Shown here piece after piece: positions 12,821 through 25,228 of a stretch of DNA of 64,000 bases (position 1 is the stretch's first letter; each line of letters begins with the position of its first letter). Source of the stretch: Perna viridis (taxonomy: Eukaryota); the NCBI GenBank assembly GCA_037379345.1, contig CM074520.1:38412664-38476663 (forward strand), written 5' to 3'. The notes beneath the pieces were generated by a model. That model searched no databases, was not told where the DNA came from, and saw only the letters and a program-made list of their open reading frames with translations. Position numbers and translations under genes: made by a program.

Positions 12821-13660
12821 CTGTAAACCTATCAATACATATAAATTCTTGTTTCTTCAAATTGCTATTTGAAAATTATGTAATTTCTCCTGCTGATGAA
12901 GTAAAATTTTCATATTTAAAGACAAATTTAGTAAACTTTTAAATGAATTGATGTTTGGTTGTTTAATGTTTTCATGTTGTCTGCTTCTCTGTTTTGTTTT
13001 TTTACACCTTACTAGTAACTGATTTCATCTATCCTCTGACCATTAGGTATGAAAAGTACAATTGGTACCTCTTAGCCTCTATTATACTCAACTATGTTTG
13101 GTTCAAAATTTAAGTTTTACAAAGCAATTGAAAACATGGTAAAATGTATCATACGGCATTTAAAATATTCGGATCAATAATACTTTTGACCAATTTTGCA
13201 CAATTGTGCAAATCTGGTCCTCAAAAGTGAGTGAGTGATTGTTGTTTTATGTCCTACCATCACTATATTTATTTGATCGCAGCAGGTCTGAACGCTGTAC
13301 GTTGGGGGACCAATATGGATAGTCTACTGTGTTTTGTCACATTCGGCCTATGGTGGACTAAGTCAACACTTTTGTCACATGTGTCCCATGGTGGACTTAC
13401 TATATTCTTACACTTTTATCTCTTTAATGGATTCCTTGGTAGCAGCTTTGAAATTGGTATTTACAGCCCCTTTGAACCCAATTGACTTCATTGGACATCT
13501 GCCAAAATATGACTGGTAAAAAATCTGGGACAGAAGCTATTTATTGGGTCATTTTATTAAAATGTAGGGCAGAATGCTACCTAAAAGCTACCTACAGAGG
13601 TATTGAAAGCAACAGGCCATTTCTGAAAAAAAAGCCATAATTATTAATTTTTTGTCAGAA

Positions 13661-14212
13661 AATTCTGTGCAATGTTCCCCCCAAATACCGCAAGACGATC
13701 GCACGGCAGGCACACAACGACTGCTGATGAAGTGTAAATGAGCCCTTAGTCAGGAAGTAGCTGCCAGAGAGATTTTAACCAACATATCAAACAAGCATTA
13801 AATCTGAAGTGGCTGTGGTAAGTAGTTGCTGAGAAATCCTTCGTGTTTCGGTCACATGCAGGTGGAAGGACAGGCTGAGGTAAGCAGTATACACCAACAA
13901 AACTTTTGAACAAGTCAAACATACCATATTGTTTTGAATGAGATTCCATTACATGTAAAGCAGTTGAACCATAATCATCATCATCATCATCAACCAAACA
14001 AGACTCCATCGAATCAGATGAGCCACCATCATCATGATTCTTTAAATCAAATGGGTCATCATCCTCTTCTTCATCTGGAAAACACCAATTAAAATTCCAT
14101 ATTATATGTCTAGAAAATTCATCACTAAAAATGTAAAAGTAGACATAGAGCCATCAATGGATAGCATATGCAGCCTGCTACACCTGTAAATTACCCCCAA
14201 AAAATCATCAGA
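13661..14212. repeat. Internal segmental duplication, copy 1 (copy 2 at 17411-18250), including an acidic exon
   Basis: Near-identical sequence from AATTCTGTGCAATGTTCCCC to AAAATCATCAGA; exon DEEEDDDPFDLKNHDDGGSSDSMESCLVD in both copies. Confidence 0.92.
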
Positions 14213-14221
14213 CATGTCGGG

Positions 14222-14610
14222 GTGGTGCATCATGCAGACTGAGGACATTAGGTTGTGTATCATCTGAACTGAGGACATTAGGTTGTGTATCATCTGAACT
14301 GAGGACATTAGGCGGTGTATCATCTGAACTGAGGACATTAGGTTGTGTATCATCTGAACTGAGGACATTAGGTGGTGTATCATCTGAACTGAGGACATTA
14401 GGTTGTGTATCATCCAGACTGAGGATATTAGGTGGTGTATCATCCGGACGGAGATTGGGTGGTGTATCATCTGGACTGAGGACATTAGGCGGTGTATCAT
14501 CTGAACTGAGGACATTAGGTTGTGTATCATCCAGACTGAGGACATTAGGTGGTGTATCATCCGGACTGAGGACATTAGGTGGTGTATCATCTGGACTGAG
14601 GACATTGGGT
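14222..14610 (-). repeat. 30-bp minisatellite, about 13 units, inside a putative exon
   Basis: Unit GGTGGTGTATCATCTGAACTGAGGACATTA; the minus strand can encode NVLS(P/S/L)DDT(P/Q)P repeats. Confidence 0.92.
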
Positions 14611-15304
14611 GTTTAAATTTCATTTGAATTGGTCAAAGCATACTGCATTATCTTATGACATAGAAATTTCTGGTGGACTGTCAGATTGACGTCCAATTTT
14701 TCGGCAACAATTCAAAATCAAAAGACTTCTTTCTATATATAGTGATAATTACTGTTGGGTACATTTAAATCATCAAGGCATTCATCAGTTATCGTACCAC
14801 ACAGAAAAATGTGATTGACAGACAAACATAGTGATTACTGCTGGGCATGCCATCATTCGTGGTGGGCCCTAATTACTGCCCTTTTCCTGTCGAAACAGAA
14901 TGAAAAGAAATTGCTCCAAAATTATTTCCTTTGATAATCAGAAAATATGCTCAGTGTAATAATACTGATCTACCTTAAGGCAAATAACTTTGGCAATTCC
15001 AGTCATACCTGTAGTGTTTTGTTGTGGTTTCTTCTTGTTTGAGTAGACATGTCTTTTCTTTGGAATGGAATCTTTGGAGCGAATTTCAAAACCTGTAACA
15101 GTTAGAAGAGCTTCACAGTATATATTTTATTTCTGAAGACAATCTTTTCTTTACCATCAAAAGTGATAATTTCTTGGTATTTCCTGATGGTCAAACATTT
15201 ATATATTAGCTCTTTAATTCTGACAGCCAAGATTCTATAGAATAAAAAAAATGATCAACTGCTAACAATGAAATTTTCACTCATCATTTGTCCTATTTCA
15301 GTTT

Positions 15305-15382
15305 AGGCCATTATAAAATAATTCCTAGATTCTCATTGGGACGGAAGGAGATGAGAATCTAGGATATTTCTTATATTGGCCT
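15305..15382. mobile_element. Tiny fold-back (MITE remnant)
   Basis: AGGCCA.TATAA.A.AATTCCTAGATTCTCAT ... ATGAGAATCTAGGATATTTCTTATATTGGCCT. Confidence 0.6.
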
Positions 15383-15859
15383 TATCTGTCAATAATGTGA
15401 TAATGTCCTTTGCATGTTCATTGTATTAAAATTCGTATCAAGTCAAAATATTCAATAATATTGAGTGGTATTTAATTCCTAATTCTCTTGCATTAGGGTT
15501 TGAACAATTAAACATGAATCTCATTACCAAAGCACGACCTATTTTTCATGTCCGAAATAAATGCATCTCTGTGTATCTCTGTGAATTAACATCTGATTGC
15601 TGTTGAATTGGTTACCAATTTGCAGCTGAATTTGGTACGACTTACTACTATGACCCCCCTCCCCCAATAAGAATCATGTTTTTATTAGCAACTACATAAT
15701 AATTTCAAGAGAGGACTACCAAATATTGCATGATAATGCATCCAGCTCATGCATTCACTTTTAAGTTCGCTTCAACGAAAGTTGAGGAAGAACTACTGGG
15801 ATACCCACTGATTCCAAATGCATGTCCGCATACACGAACATCCACGATACATGTCCCTG

Positions 15860-16295
15860 ATTAAAGTTTAGGTCCAACCTCATATTTCAGTAACTATAAG
15901 TGGTAGGATCTTGTAACCTTGTATACAGATGCACCTTAAGTATAGGCCAGCATCCAGGTAAAATTAGGTCACTCTGACCTACATTTTACACATCAGTGAA
16001 CTTGGTTAAAGTTTAGGTCCAACCTTATATCTCAGTAACTATTTATAAGTGGTATGATCTTGTAACCTTGTATACCCTGGCAAAACTAGGTCACTCTCAC
16101 CTACATTTTACTCATCAGTGAACTTGGTTAAAGTTTAGGTCCAACCTCACACCTCAGCAACTATAAGTGGTAGGATCTTGTAACCTTGCATACTGATGCA
16201 CCATGGAGGGTAGGTCAGCATCCAAGCAAAATTATACATTGCAAATCATTGTGCCGTAACGAGGCAAACTTTGTAATCGTTGATTACCTAGTATG
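15860..16295 (-). repeat. About 120-145-bp tandem units (x3) of the GTGACCT repeat family, reverse orientation
   Basis: AAAGTTTAGGTCCAACCT..ATCTCAG.AACTATAAGTGGTAGGATCTTGTAACCTTG repeated at about 15864, 16008 and 16130. Confidence 0.75.
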
Positions 16296-16483
16296 TTTAA
16301 TGTATATGGTTGCATTTAAATTTTTAACATCTTTTCATCACAGGTGGTCTCTTTTATCTGTCAGGATTAGAAAGTTATAACAAATCCAAGGCAACAAGTT
16401 GATGTCGGAGCACAAAAAAGTGTGTATTCAGTGATATTAATCCTTAAATCTTCCGGCTGTTTTAAAGAAAATTTTAAACCTAC

Positions 16484-17164
16484 CTCTTATTCCATCTGTC
16501 TGATTTTTTCTTCTCCATGCTCTTCCTCTTTCCTTTGGAGTCTCTCTTCCTCTTCCTTCCTTGCTTGCAACTGGGCTTTGGTAGCAGCAACCTACAATTG
16601 ATATAAAATACATAAATGATCATAATTATTACTAGCCAATGAAATAATTACCTTTGGACAATAGATGACCTTGAGAGCTGTGGGTATTTATCTCGTCTTC
16701 TTTTCTCCTAAGATAATTCTCTTTATTGGTTTCCGCAATGTAAAAAAAACTGGTCAAAGATAGAAAAACACGAATATCATTAAAAAGGAAGTAAATCTCA
16801 CCATATGGGACCCAAACTGAGACTGCACACAAAATTTCAAAACCTTACAACTAATACATGTATTTGTTTCCCCAACTGCCCATTATTCACCATATTATAT
16901 TTCACTTTCATGAAATAAGGGTAATAATTAGACAGCAAAGGAATTTTCAATGTAATTTCTAACTATTAAAATATCATTCAATGTGTCTTAAAAGACACAA
17001 TTTTAAATGAATATGATATGATATTACCATAGCTGTCTTCTGTTTTTCTCTTTCTCGTTTCTCCTTGTCTAAATCATCAATGGTTATAACGTTGACGGCA
17101 GCCATCTTGGGTTCTATGTCAACCTCCACCTGGTATTCTGGACTAGGTTCTTCTGCATCTTCAC
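16484..17164 (-). pseudogene. Two charged coiled-coil exons of the SET gene (17164-17028, 16591-16484)
   Basis: GEDAEEPSPEYQVEVDIEPKMAAVNVITIDDLDKEKREREKQKTAM | VAATKAQLQARKEEEERLQRKEEEHGEEKIRQME*E; canonical splice sites, phase 0 junction. Confidence 0.65.
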
Positions 17165-17410
17165 CTGCAATAAGTTAAAAGGTCAGGGGAACAAGGTTAT
17201 GACAATACACTCTTATATCCATAGACTGGGGGGTTACAACAATTAAAAAATGTTTCTACATACATGACAGATGGCAATGCAAGTCTTGTTCTAGAAAAAA
17301 CATGAACAATAGAAGTATCAATGCTGACCTACCATTCCTGATGCATCCATACACAAGGTTAGATGATCCTACCATGTATAGTTGCTATCATTATTAATTT
17401 TATGTCAGTG

Positions 17411-18250
17411 AATTCTGTGCAATGTTCCCCCGAACACCGCAAGACGATCGCACGGCAGGCACACAAAGACTGCTGATGAAGTATAAATGAGCCCTTAGTC
17501 AGTAAACAGGAAGTAGCTGCCAGAGAGATTTTAAATTCGGTCACCAACATATCAAACTAGCACTAAATCTGAAGTGGCTGTGGTAATTAGTTGCTGAGAA
17601 ATCCTTCGTGTTTCAGTCACGTACAGGTGGAAGGATAGGCTGAGGTAAAGCAGTATACACTGACAAAAATTTTGAACAAGTCAAACATACCATATTGTTT
17701 TGAATGAGATTCCATGTAAAGCAGTTGAACCATCATCATCATCATCATTATCAACCAAACAAGACTCCATCGAATCAGATGAGCCACCATCATCATGATT
17801 CTTTAAATCAAATGGGTCATCATCCTCTTCTTCATCTAGAAAACACCAATTAAAATTCCATATTATATGTCTAGAAAATTCATCACTAAAAATGTAATAT
17901 GAGGAAGGTGCAACCTGAAATGCTCCCAAAGATATTCTTATAAAAACCTTTTATTGGTATTTTGTTATAGCCGGTTATACTCGACGTCCTGCTTGCGCTT
18001 AATACAGAGGAAGATTACTATCACAATGATGTCATGATTGACGCTGATCCGTCAAAAATGAAAGTAGAAAACCCCGATACAATGTGCATGCAGAACAGGA
18101 CATTGAAGGAAAACTACTCATAGTATTCATAATTTAATGACATTTCTACGATTATCGCTCCCTTCGGGAGCATAAAAGTAGACATAGAGCCATTAATGGA
18201 TAGCATATGCAGTCTGCTGCACCTGTATATTAGCCCCCAAAATCATCAGA
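17411..18250. repeat. Internal segmental duplication, copy 2 (with a 275-bp insertion)
   Basis: Aligns to 13661-14212 apart from the insertion at 17898-18172. Confidence 0.9.
17898..18172 (+). mobile_element. 275-bp insertion with TAA duplication and 3' hairpin
   Basis: Empty site AATGTAAAAGTAGAC near 14130; filled site AATGTAA[...GCTCCCTTCGGGAGCA]TAAAAGTAGAC. Confidence 0.75.
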
Positions 18251-19345
18251 ACAAAATCAACATCCTTAAATATGTTTTGTTTTGGTTATGTTCAACTTTA
18301 ATTGAGCTGATACACAATTATGAAGAGTACATTTTTGCATCAGATTTAGCCTTTTTATAAATGGTGAGTGACACAAGTAATTATAAGTATATGGAATTTT
18401 TCATCATCAATCATTTCAAATTTGACCAATATTTTAATATTTGATGTTCAAATGTTTCTTTAAAAGAACAATTTCTTCATTTCTTTACAAAGTTAGAGTA
18501 CAACTAGATGGAGCGATCCAGGAATAGAAAATGCCGCCAGCACACAAGTTTTTGGTAAACAGGAAGTAGATGAGCTATGGCCATAAAATTGCTTACAATG
18601 TATAGTAATATACATGTAGTATGAAGACTTCTGTAAAGTTTTCAGCCTCTCAGGCTCTGCTCTATGCAGTTCCTGAAAAAAGTGTTACAGAAATGTTGTG
18701 TGACGCAGGATGATGCATGGTTCCTAAGTGATCCTTATATGTCCAAACATAATAATAAGCAAACTGAAAGTGTCTCCAAGACACGGATGTCTCGCTCGGC
18801 ACATATTTGTCCCCCAAGACTGTTGGCATAAAAAGAATACACACAGAAATAAAATAATAAAATACATAATACACAAAATGATATAACAAAGAAAGTAGCA
18901 TATGCATAGCAAGGGTAGTAAAATCAAATAAAATAAAGCAGGCTAAGCTAAGTTTATACGTGTATAAGCATAAACAGACTCGTCAAGACAGCATAGACTG
19001 CATACAAAATTTCAAAATCCTACAACCAATAGGTGACCTAATTTCACCTTGATGCTGACCTACAACCCCTGATGTATGCAAATACATCCACCATTTTTAG
19101 TTCCTGAGATATGAACTCTGACATAAACTTGAATGTATACTTGCACGCGGAAGTAGACACAGGGGGTTCGCCAATAGTTCTCCTTCAACTTCGTTGAGAC
19201 AAACTCAAAAAAACAAGTTTCATGAAGATTGGTGAAGTCACTTCAAGGTTATAGACTGGACACAAATTTTGCAGATGGACGGATAGACAAAGTGATTCCT
19301 ATATACAACCAAACTTTGATGGCAGGGGTATAAATTCAATAGTAC

Positions 19346-19550
19346 CTGATGCCTCCAAAAAAGTTTGTCTGGGTCATCCCCGTAGTCATATCGCAATTCT
19401 TCCCCTAAGGGTATATCCCTGCTGGCAAACAGGCACAACCTAGGATACTGGTTAAATATCTTTAATTTCATCTTGGTATTGCACATGGAAGTGCCATTTT
19501 CAGCATCATTCACGAATTTACACAAATGGTTGGATTCTGATCCATCAATC
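19346..19550 (-). pseudogene. SET domain C-terminal exon
   Basis: (W)IDGSESNHLCKFVNDAENGTSMCNTKMKLKIFNQYPRLCLFASRDIPLGEELRYDYGDDPDKLFWRHQ, containing the RFxNH-like and GEELxYDY SET motifs. Confidence 0.92.
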
Positions 19551-20262
19551 CTAGAAAAAAGGAACTTTAATTTTACAACAATAAATCTGTGAAAGAGTCA
19601 CTGGCAGGACTAGCGACACCCCCCTCTGTCTTGTATTATCATGAGAAAAATTGGCTAAAGGCAATAAGTATGTAATCTGAAAGTAGATAACCAACAGACC
19701 TGAAAATAAAATCCATGATATGGGACCTAATATGGACAAAATGTATGGATGCAGCATATGAAACATAAAAAGCTATTGATAATATTGTTACAAAAAATTT
19801 CAATATATTGGTCCTAATTGCTACAATATTGTCGAAAAACAGGAAGACGACTGACAGACCCAAAATAGGTAAATCTGCATACCAAATTATATCAAGATGC
19901 TGTGGTAGGTAGTTGCTTCAAAAACTTTTAACAAACATTTTCAGTATTGGCTCTAAAGGACACGGAATTGTATTGGTGGGTAGGAACAGCAGATCTGAAA
20001 ACTAGATGGTGAAATCCAGAGGAATAGCATATATTTCTGCAGCTAAAACTTTTACAAACAGGAAGTAGATGATCATGGAGCATAAAAATGTTTTACACGA
20101 TACAATACCACATGTATAATAGATTTAGTACTATAGACTGCTGTAGTATAATTTCAAGCAGTTCAGCAACTAAACTATTTTCCTATACATTAAATGTGAA
20201 AAATTTCTAGGAAAATTGTTTATGCCTGATCATGCTGATGTAGACTAGGTTTTTATACTCAC

Positions 20263-20412
20263 CAGTATGATTTGTTATTATAAACCTATCCGAATAGAAA
20301 GTTATGCTTTTTCCAGTCTTTTGCGGTGAGTTCTTCCTGTCTTTTCTACCTCCGAAATGTTCCAGCAAAAACTCTCCTTTTAAGAAAGATTTTGTTGTAA
20401 AAACACCAAAAC
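20263..20412 (-). pseudogene. SET domain middle exon (frameshift and stop)
   Basis: GFGVFTTKSFLKGEFLLEH, then in a shifted frame NFLFG*VYNNKSYW; TTTCTAG/GTGAGT boundaries. Confidence 0.85.
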
Positions 20413-20547
20413 CTAGAAAAAAAACCACAAAAGATGAGACAAACGCCTGTTTTAAAGTATAATATCTAAAAAAACAAGTGTTAACAAGAACAGATTCTAG
20501 GACCCCTGCCAGATGAAAAAAATCTAAGCCGGCTCATTAAACAAAAA

Positions 20548-21135
20548 GATGTCCGACAGACCCAAAAAAAGAATCCCAACCAATGGGACCCCTACTTGAG
20601 GCTGCATACAAAATTGTAGAAGCCTACAATTAATAGTTTCTGACAAAAAATAAAAACGAATCCCACCATATGAGACCACTACCTGAGGCTGTATACAAAA
20701 TTTCCGAATCCTACCATTAGCTTCTGAGAAAACTGTTATGAAAATTTTCCATTGACCCTATGGAAGAAAAATGGAGCAGTTGCCCGGACAGCAAATCCCC
20801 TCACCCATTTTTGATTATATTATTTTGAGAGCAATATTATTCCCTAAAATGTAAAATCTAGATCAAGGTGAATATATTAACTTTAGTAGAGATGTTGGCT
20901 ATTACTCAAGATGTATCCACTATCCAATTATCATTCCTTTACCACTTGTACTTGCTGAGATATGGGCATTAACGAAAACTTTAACCCAAGTCACTTATGC
21001 ATAAAATGTAGGCCAAGGTGACCTAATTCGGTATGGATGTTGGTTACTACCCAAGATGCATCCACTAATCAAATATCATCCCTCTACTACTTTTAGTTGC
21101 TGAGATATGGACCTTAACCGAAACTTTAACCTGAC
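20548..21135 (+). mobile_element. Copy of the AGATGTCCGACA / GTGACCT repeat family
   Basis: Homologous to 7363-7735. Confidence 0.65.
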
Positions 21136-21775
21136 CATTACTCACATATGTACACACAAACCAAACTCTATAAATGACTATAAATGGGATAAAAATGACT
21201 AAGTCGTAAAACAAGAAGAAGATGTGCGACAGCATCAGGGTTTGAAATTACCACTCGCCCACTAGCATTTGGCCCCTAAAATTTTCTGTGGGCGGGGGCT
21301 TTAACAATCTTTGACTCCCAATATTTTTAGGAAATATGGTTTGCACAAAGCATGCGCAGTATTTGATCATGATTTAACAAAATTCCACTGAAAAATGTAA
21401 AATTTATCTAGAATCTTGGTCCAGATGTTGGTAAGATACGGAATTATAATGAATAGATAAAATACAAGTTGTCTTTGTTGTGTTGCCTGAAACAAGGCAA
21501 TCCCAGTCCCAATATCAAAATTTCACAGGGTCCTCGAATATATTCAAGCATTGCTATCGACTACTCAAGTATTGAAATTAGCATGTTTTGACATTCCCAA
21601 ATATTGCATTCAATTATTCCATTACACATTCCTCTCATCTATCATCAAAGCAATTGATTTTCAATTATAATCGATCATTGGGACAACACAAGCAAATACA
21701 ACTGAACTCAACAGACTGTTGGAGGATGTACTATTTGTTCATGGAAGATGATTACATTTACTACAACTTACTTAC

Positions 21776-21884
21776 CTATACATTTACTTATAATTTTTTT
21801 TTCAAATCCGTCTTTGTCGAGCCCCATCTCACACCAAAATTAGGCGTCACTATCCGGACTTGTTCTTCCATGTCTTCTACTAAT
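21776..21884 (-). pseudogene. SET domain N-terminal (pre-SET) exon with in-frame stop
   Basis: ISRRHGRTSPDSDA*FWCEMGLDKDGFEKKIISKCI|G; TAA at 21840-21842; GTAAGT donor, phase 1 into the GFGVF exon. Confidence 0.75.
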
Positions 21885-23470
21885 CTATATTAAAAATGCA
21901 TAGAAAAGAAGATCTGTAATAACCATGATTCAACTCAGCATACCATACCTAGATATACAATTTACATGTAATAACTGGAAAAAAACCCTAGAAATCGGAC
22001 GAAGTCGGGAAGGCCCTGTTCGTAAAAAGTCCAAGTTTTAACCCAAAATATTTGATGGATTTGCACAAATTTTTAATATGCAAATCTTCAAATGGTACTT
22101 AGTGACTGTGTAGAGTTTCAGCTCTGCACTGGGTTGTACGGAACTTAATGAAAAATTTAAGGACACATTAATGACAAAATTGTTACATCTGATTGGCTAA
22201 TGATGAGTTAATGACAAATTAATGAAGTCATTAGAGTTTCGTACAACCGGATGCTGTACTTTGCATAGTTCTCTTAGTTTTAGTGTTCACATGAAATTGT
22301 GGACAGACGGACAAAGTGAATACTATAGGGCGCAGCATTTTCAAAAAAAAAATGTGAACAAATAATCTCCCCTAGAATTCTTCAGGCTTGTCAATATCAT
22401 CCTTTCATACATCACACATGTACACAAATGTATTTATTTAGATAAGTTATACATGTCATGCATGTTATAAGCATTGGTTATTAGCATATTAAAAAAATAG
22501 CGAAATCTCGTTTCAACCTTATGTCTATTTTAATGTTGAAGACATTGAACACTTTCTGTTGAAATTGTGAAAATTTCAATAACATTAGACAAGAACATCT
22601 CAGAGACACTATAGTCTGTAGTCAATATGATGATAAATACACATGTAAGTGTACAAAATATTATGAATAGATTGGACTTACCAGTACTGTTTCTGAGAAA
22701 TCTACTTAAAATGAAGGTTTTTCAAACATGTCAAAAGGTAAATCTTTCATGAATGAATGAGCCAACCAATCAAGCAACCAGCAGCCAACCAACCATAAAA
22801 CTATACATGTAGGCTATGTCTAATTTCTTCAGATGAGACAAAAACATTAACTTACCAGCTTTGAGGGGGAGGGTTTATAAATATAACACAGATTGTAAGA
22901 TTATAACTGTTTATTACTAAACTTCAATCTTGAATAACAATACAGTAGCATCAGCGGCAAATAGGCACTTCAGGAGACTTCATGCAAATTTCAATCACTG
23001 GCATGCAAAAAAAACATTGCCGTTACGTTTTTCAAATGCACAATTTTTCATACCTAGCGCAACCACTGTCTTTCACTAGTACCTGAGAAATGGTACTAAA
23101 CGGAGTGGCTCAAGTGGAAAATGTTGGTCAAAGTGACCTTATTATTACTGGTGAACCTTGTAGTACTTCCCACATGTGAATCTAAACACAACAAACTTTA
23201 ACAGACATTATATGTGTACATGTACAAGGTTACAACAACGTACTTTTTGCTTGAATGCTGGCTTATTCTGGCTTACTCTGCAAGGACCAAGGTGCATCAT
23301 TATACTAAGTTTCAACATCCTACCATTTATAGTCGTGAGATACACTATGAGCTCAGATCTAAAACTAAACCAAGTACACTGATAGTAAAATGTATGTCAG
23401 AGTGACCTACTTTTGCATGGATGCTGATTTACTCTCCAAGATACTTCAACATACAAGGTTACAACATCAC

Positions 23471-23964
23471 ACCTGTTAACCTCTGGAAGCATGTAAGAGG
23501 GAGATCTCCCACTTTGCCATTCATCTATGAGGGAGATTTTGCGTAGCGACCCTTTTTCGTCAAAACTTTTCATGTTATATAGAAATAACCATACCAGTAC
23601 ATGTATTATGAAATAAGGTAAGTTAACCTTTTTGAAGAATATATTTTAAATGCTAATATAATTTAATTAAATAATTGAATTAGATGAGCATTTAAAATCT
23701 ATTAATCCATATAATGTACACAATTTCAGTTAAATTACCTATTACACCTATATTTGACTTAATTAAGGGTTGTACCAAGAAGACAATTCACTGGATTATG
23801 TCTGTAAATTGGAAGTTATTGGCAAAAGATAAGTTAGAGGGAGATTTTGGGGAAGAAATATGTGTAAGAGGGAGATTTATGTCTCCCTCGTGGGAGACTT
23901 ACTCTAAGGGGAGAAATGACTGCTAAGAGGAAGTCTCCCTCTTAATGTGGGAGGGTTAACAGGT
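23471..23964. mobile_element. MITE
   Basis: TIRs ACCTGTTAACC...AAGAGGGAGA / TCTCCCTCTT...GGTTAACAGGT; internal GAGGGAGATTT repeats; interrupts a GTGACCT-family repeat. Confidence 0.75.
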
Positions 23965-24113
23965 ATTCAACATGCTACACCACTTATAGTTGGTGAGATC
24001 CGAGCTCGGACCCAACAGTTAACATGGGAATGACAAGGGTACTCCAATAGTTCAACATCAACTTTGTTAAGGCAATCTAACAATGTCAGAAATGCATTGT
24101 TGTCTATACTTAC

Positions 24114-24190
24114 AGCATGTTTTCCTCTTGAGATGGCTGACATCTCTGAAATTCACAAAATGTAGTTCAGTCATGTGCTTCTACAATCTA
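24114..24190 (-). other. Putative 5' exon of the SET gene
   Basis: TTTTTTTTCTTCTAG acceptor and GTAAGT donor at 24108-24113; similar small exon candidates near 22682-22707 and 22856-23082. Confidence 0.4.
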
Positions 24191-24254
24191 CTAGAAGAAA
24201 AAAAACCAATCTAATTATTGATTACAAAGGTCATCTCATTATGCAGCATATTAT

Positions 24255-24400
24255 TTAAGAAACAATTTATGTCTGTCATATTTTATTGGTCTTTAAACAT
24301 GAATATTTAATCCCGAGCGGTAGCGAGGGCGTTAAATCTCATGAATATATTACCTACCCATGTTTAAATACCAATAAAAATGGCAGACATAAATTATTTC
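24255..24400. mobile_element. Crypton-N-like palindromic element
   Basis: AATTTATGTCTG.CAT..TTTATTGGT.TTTAAACATG ... CCCGAGCGGTAGCGAGGG ... CATGTTTAAA.ACCAATAAAAATG.CAGACATAAATT. Confidence 0.55.
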
Positions 24401-24799
24401 GATTCTAATAGGACAAACAAACATATTTTAAGGTCTGAAGCGGAGCCTGACAGCCATTATATTCAAGTTTCAAGTCTTGGAGCGACGCTTCTGTTTTTTA
24501 AAATAACATGAAAACAACTTAATAATTTTTATATTTAGTGAACAAAAAAAAAGAATAAAAATAACGACCATTTTACATGAAAGGTTCAGATGACAGATGG
24601 AACTTTTTTCCAAATTCGGAGCATGGGCATAGACGGGTCCACATAGGGAAGTAATGGGCGTACGCTTCAACTTTGATGAGAAAATTTTTATTTATTTAAC
24701 ACAAAATTTAATTTTTTTTTTCGGAAACTGCAGACAAAAACGTAAAATAACACATTTTTAGATGATTTTTCTCATGATGATTTCGCTCCCTCTTTGAAA

Positions 24800-25050
24800 A
24801 ACCCTGCACCCGCCCCTGCGGAGTCAGACATAATAGGCACGTATGGCCATATGACGTGAAAGACTGCTGGTGTTTTGTGAAACAACATCTGGAATATTAT
24901 ACGTACAACTCTTTTCTTCTCTCAACGACATGACTGTCGCCATCTTTTTTTTCAAAATCAACGCATGCGCAATAACATTTTGTGTAAAAGTTTTTGTTGC
25001 GGGAAATGGCAAAATATGGTAGACACGTACACCTTCGTTGTACATTGACA
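24800..25050 (-). promoter_or_regulatory. Candidate promoter/TSS region of the SET gene
   Basis: Locally CpG-richer; GC box CCCGCCCC near 24808; YY1-like AAGATGGCG on the minus strand near 24938-24946. Confidence 0.3.
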
Positions 25051-25144
25051 GATGACGGACTGCAAGTGAGACCCTGTTATTTTTTTAGTTTTTTATATGT
25101 TTTGTAGGAAAATAAGTGATTTTATGATTTTTTCTGCAGAATCA

Positions 25145-25228
25145 AACTGAGGACGTCCTCAGTTGTAAGTGGAGTCCTCAAATAAAGGTGTGTATACTTA
25201 TCCGAGTCCTCAATGACATACTGGGAGC

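Larger units (their letters stand above)
11601..21884 (-). pseudogene. Multi-exon SET-domain (KMT5A/SET8-like fold) protein with acidic/coiled-coil middle and Myb/trihelix-like C-terminus; nonsense and frameshift lesions
   Basis: GT-AG exons at 21884-21776, 20412-20263, 19550-19346, (18264-18223), 17835-17691, 17164-17028, 16591-16484, 15092-15009, 14886-14184, 14074-13925, 13498-13401, 12820-12679 and 11860-11601. Many junctions are phase-compatible. Confidence 0.8.

Noticed and set aside
14102-14623. 173-aa ORF (MSSVQMIHHL repeats) as a standalone gene
   Set aside because: A 30-bp repeat keeps more than one frame open. The region lies between splice sites of the SET pseudogene and the true frame is undetermined.
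19238-19525. Assigning the symbol KMT5A/SETD8
   Set aside because: The SET fold is clear, but the NH motif is ND, the architecture differs and the gene is disrupted, so orthology is unsupported.
21236-21300. CAGGGTTTGAAA, TAGGGTGACCAT (26575) and ..AATCCGCCACTG (51545) as hAT ends
   Set aside because: Only single termini were seen, with no partner TIR or 8-bp TSD identified.
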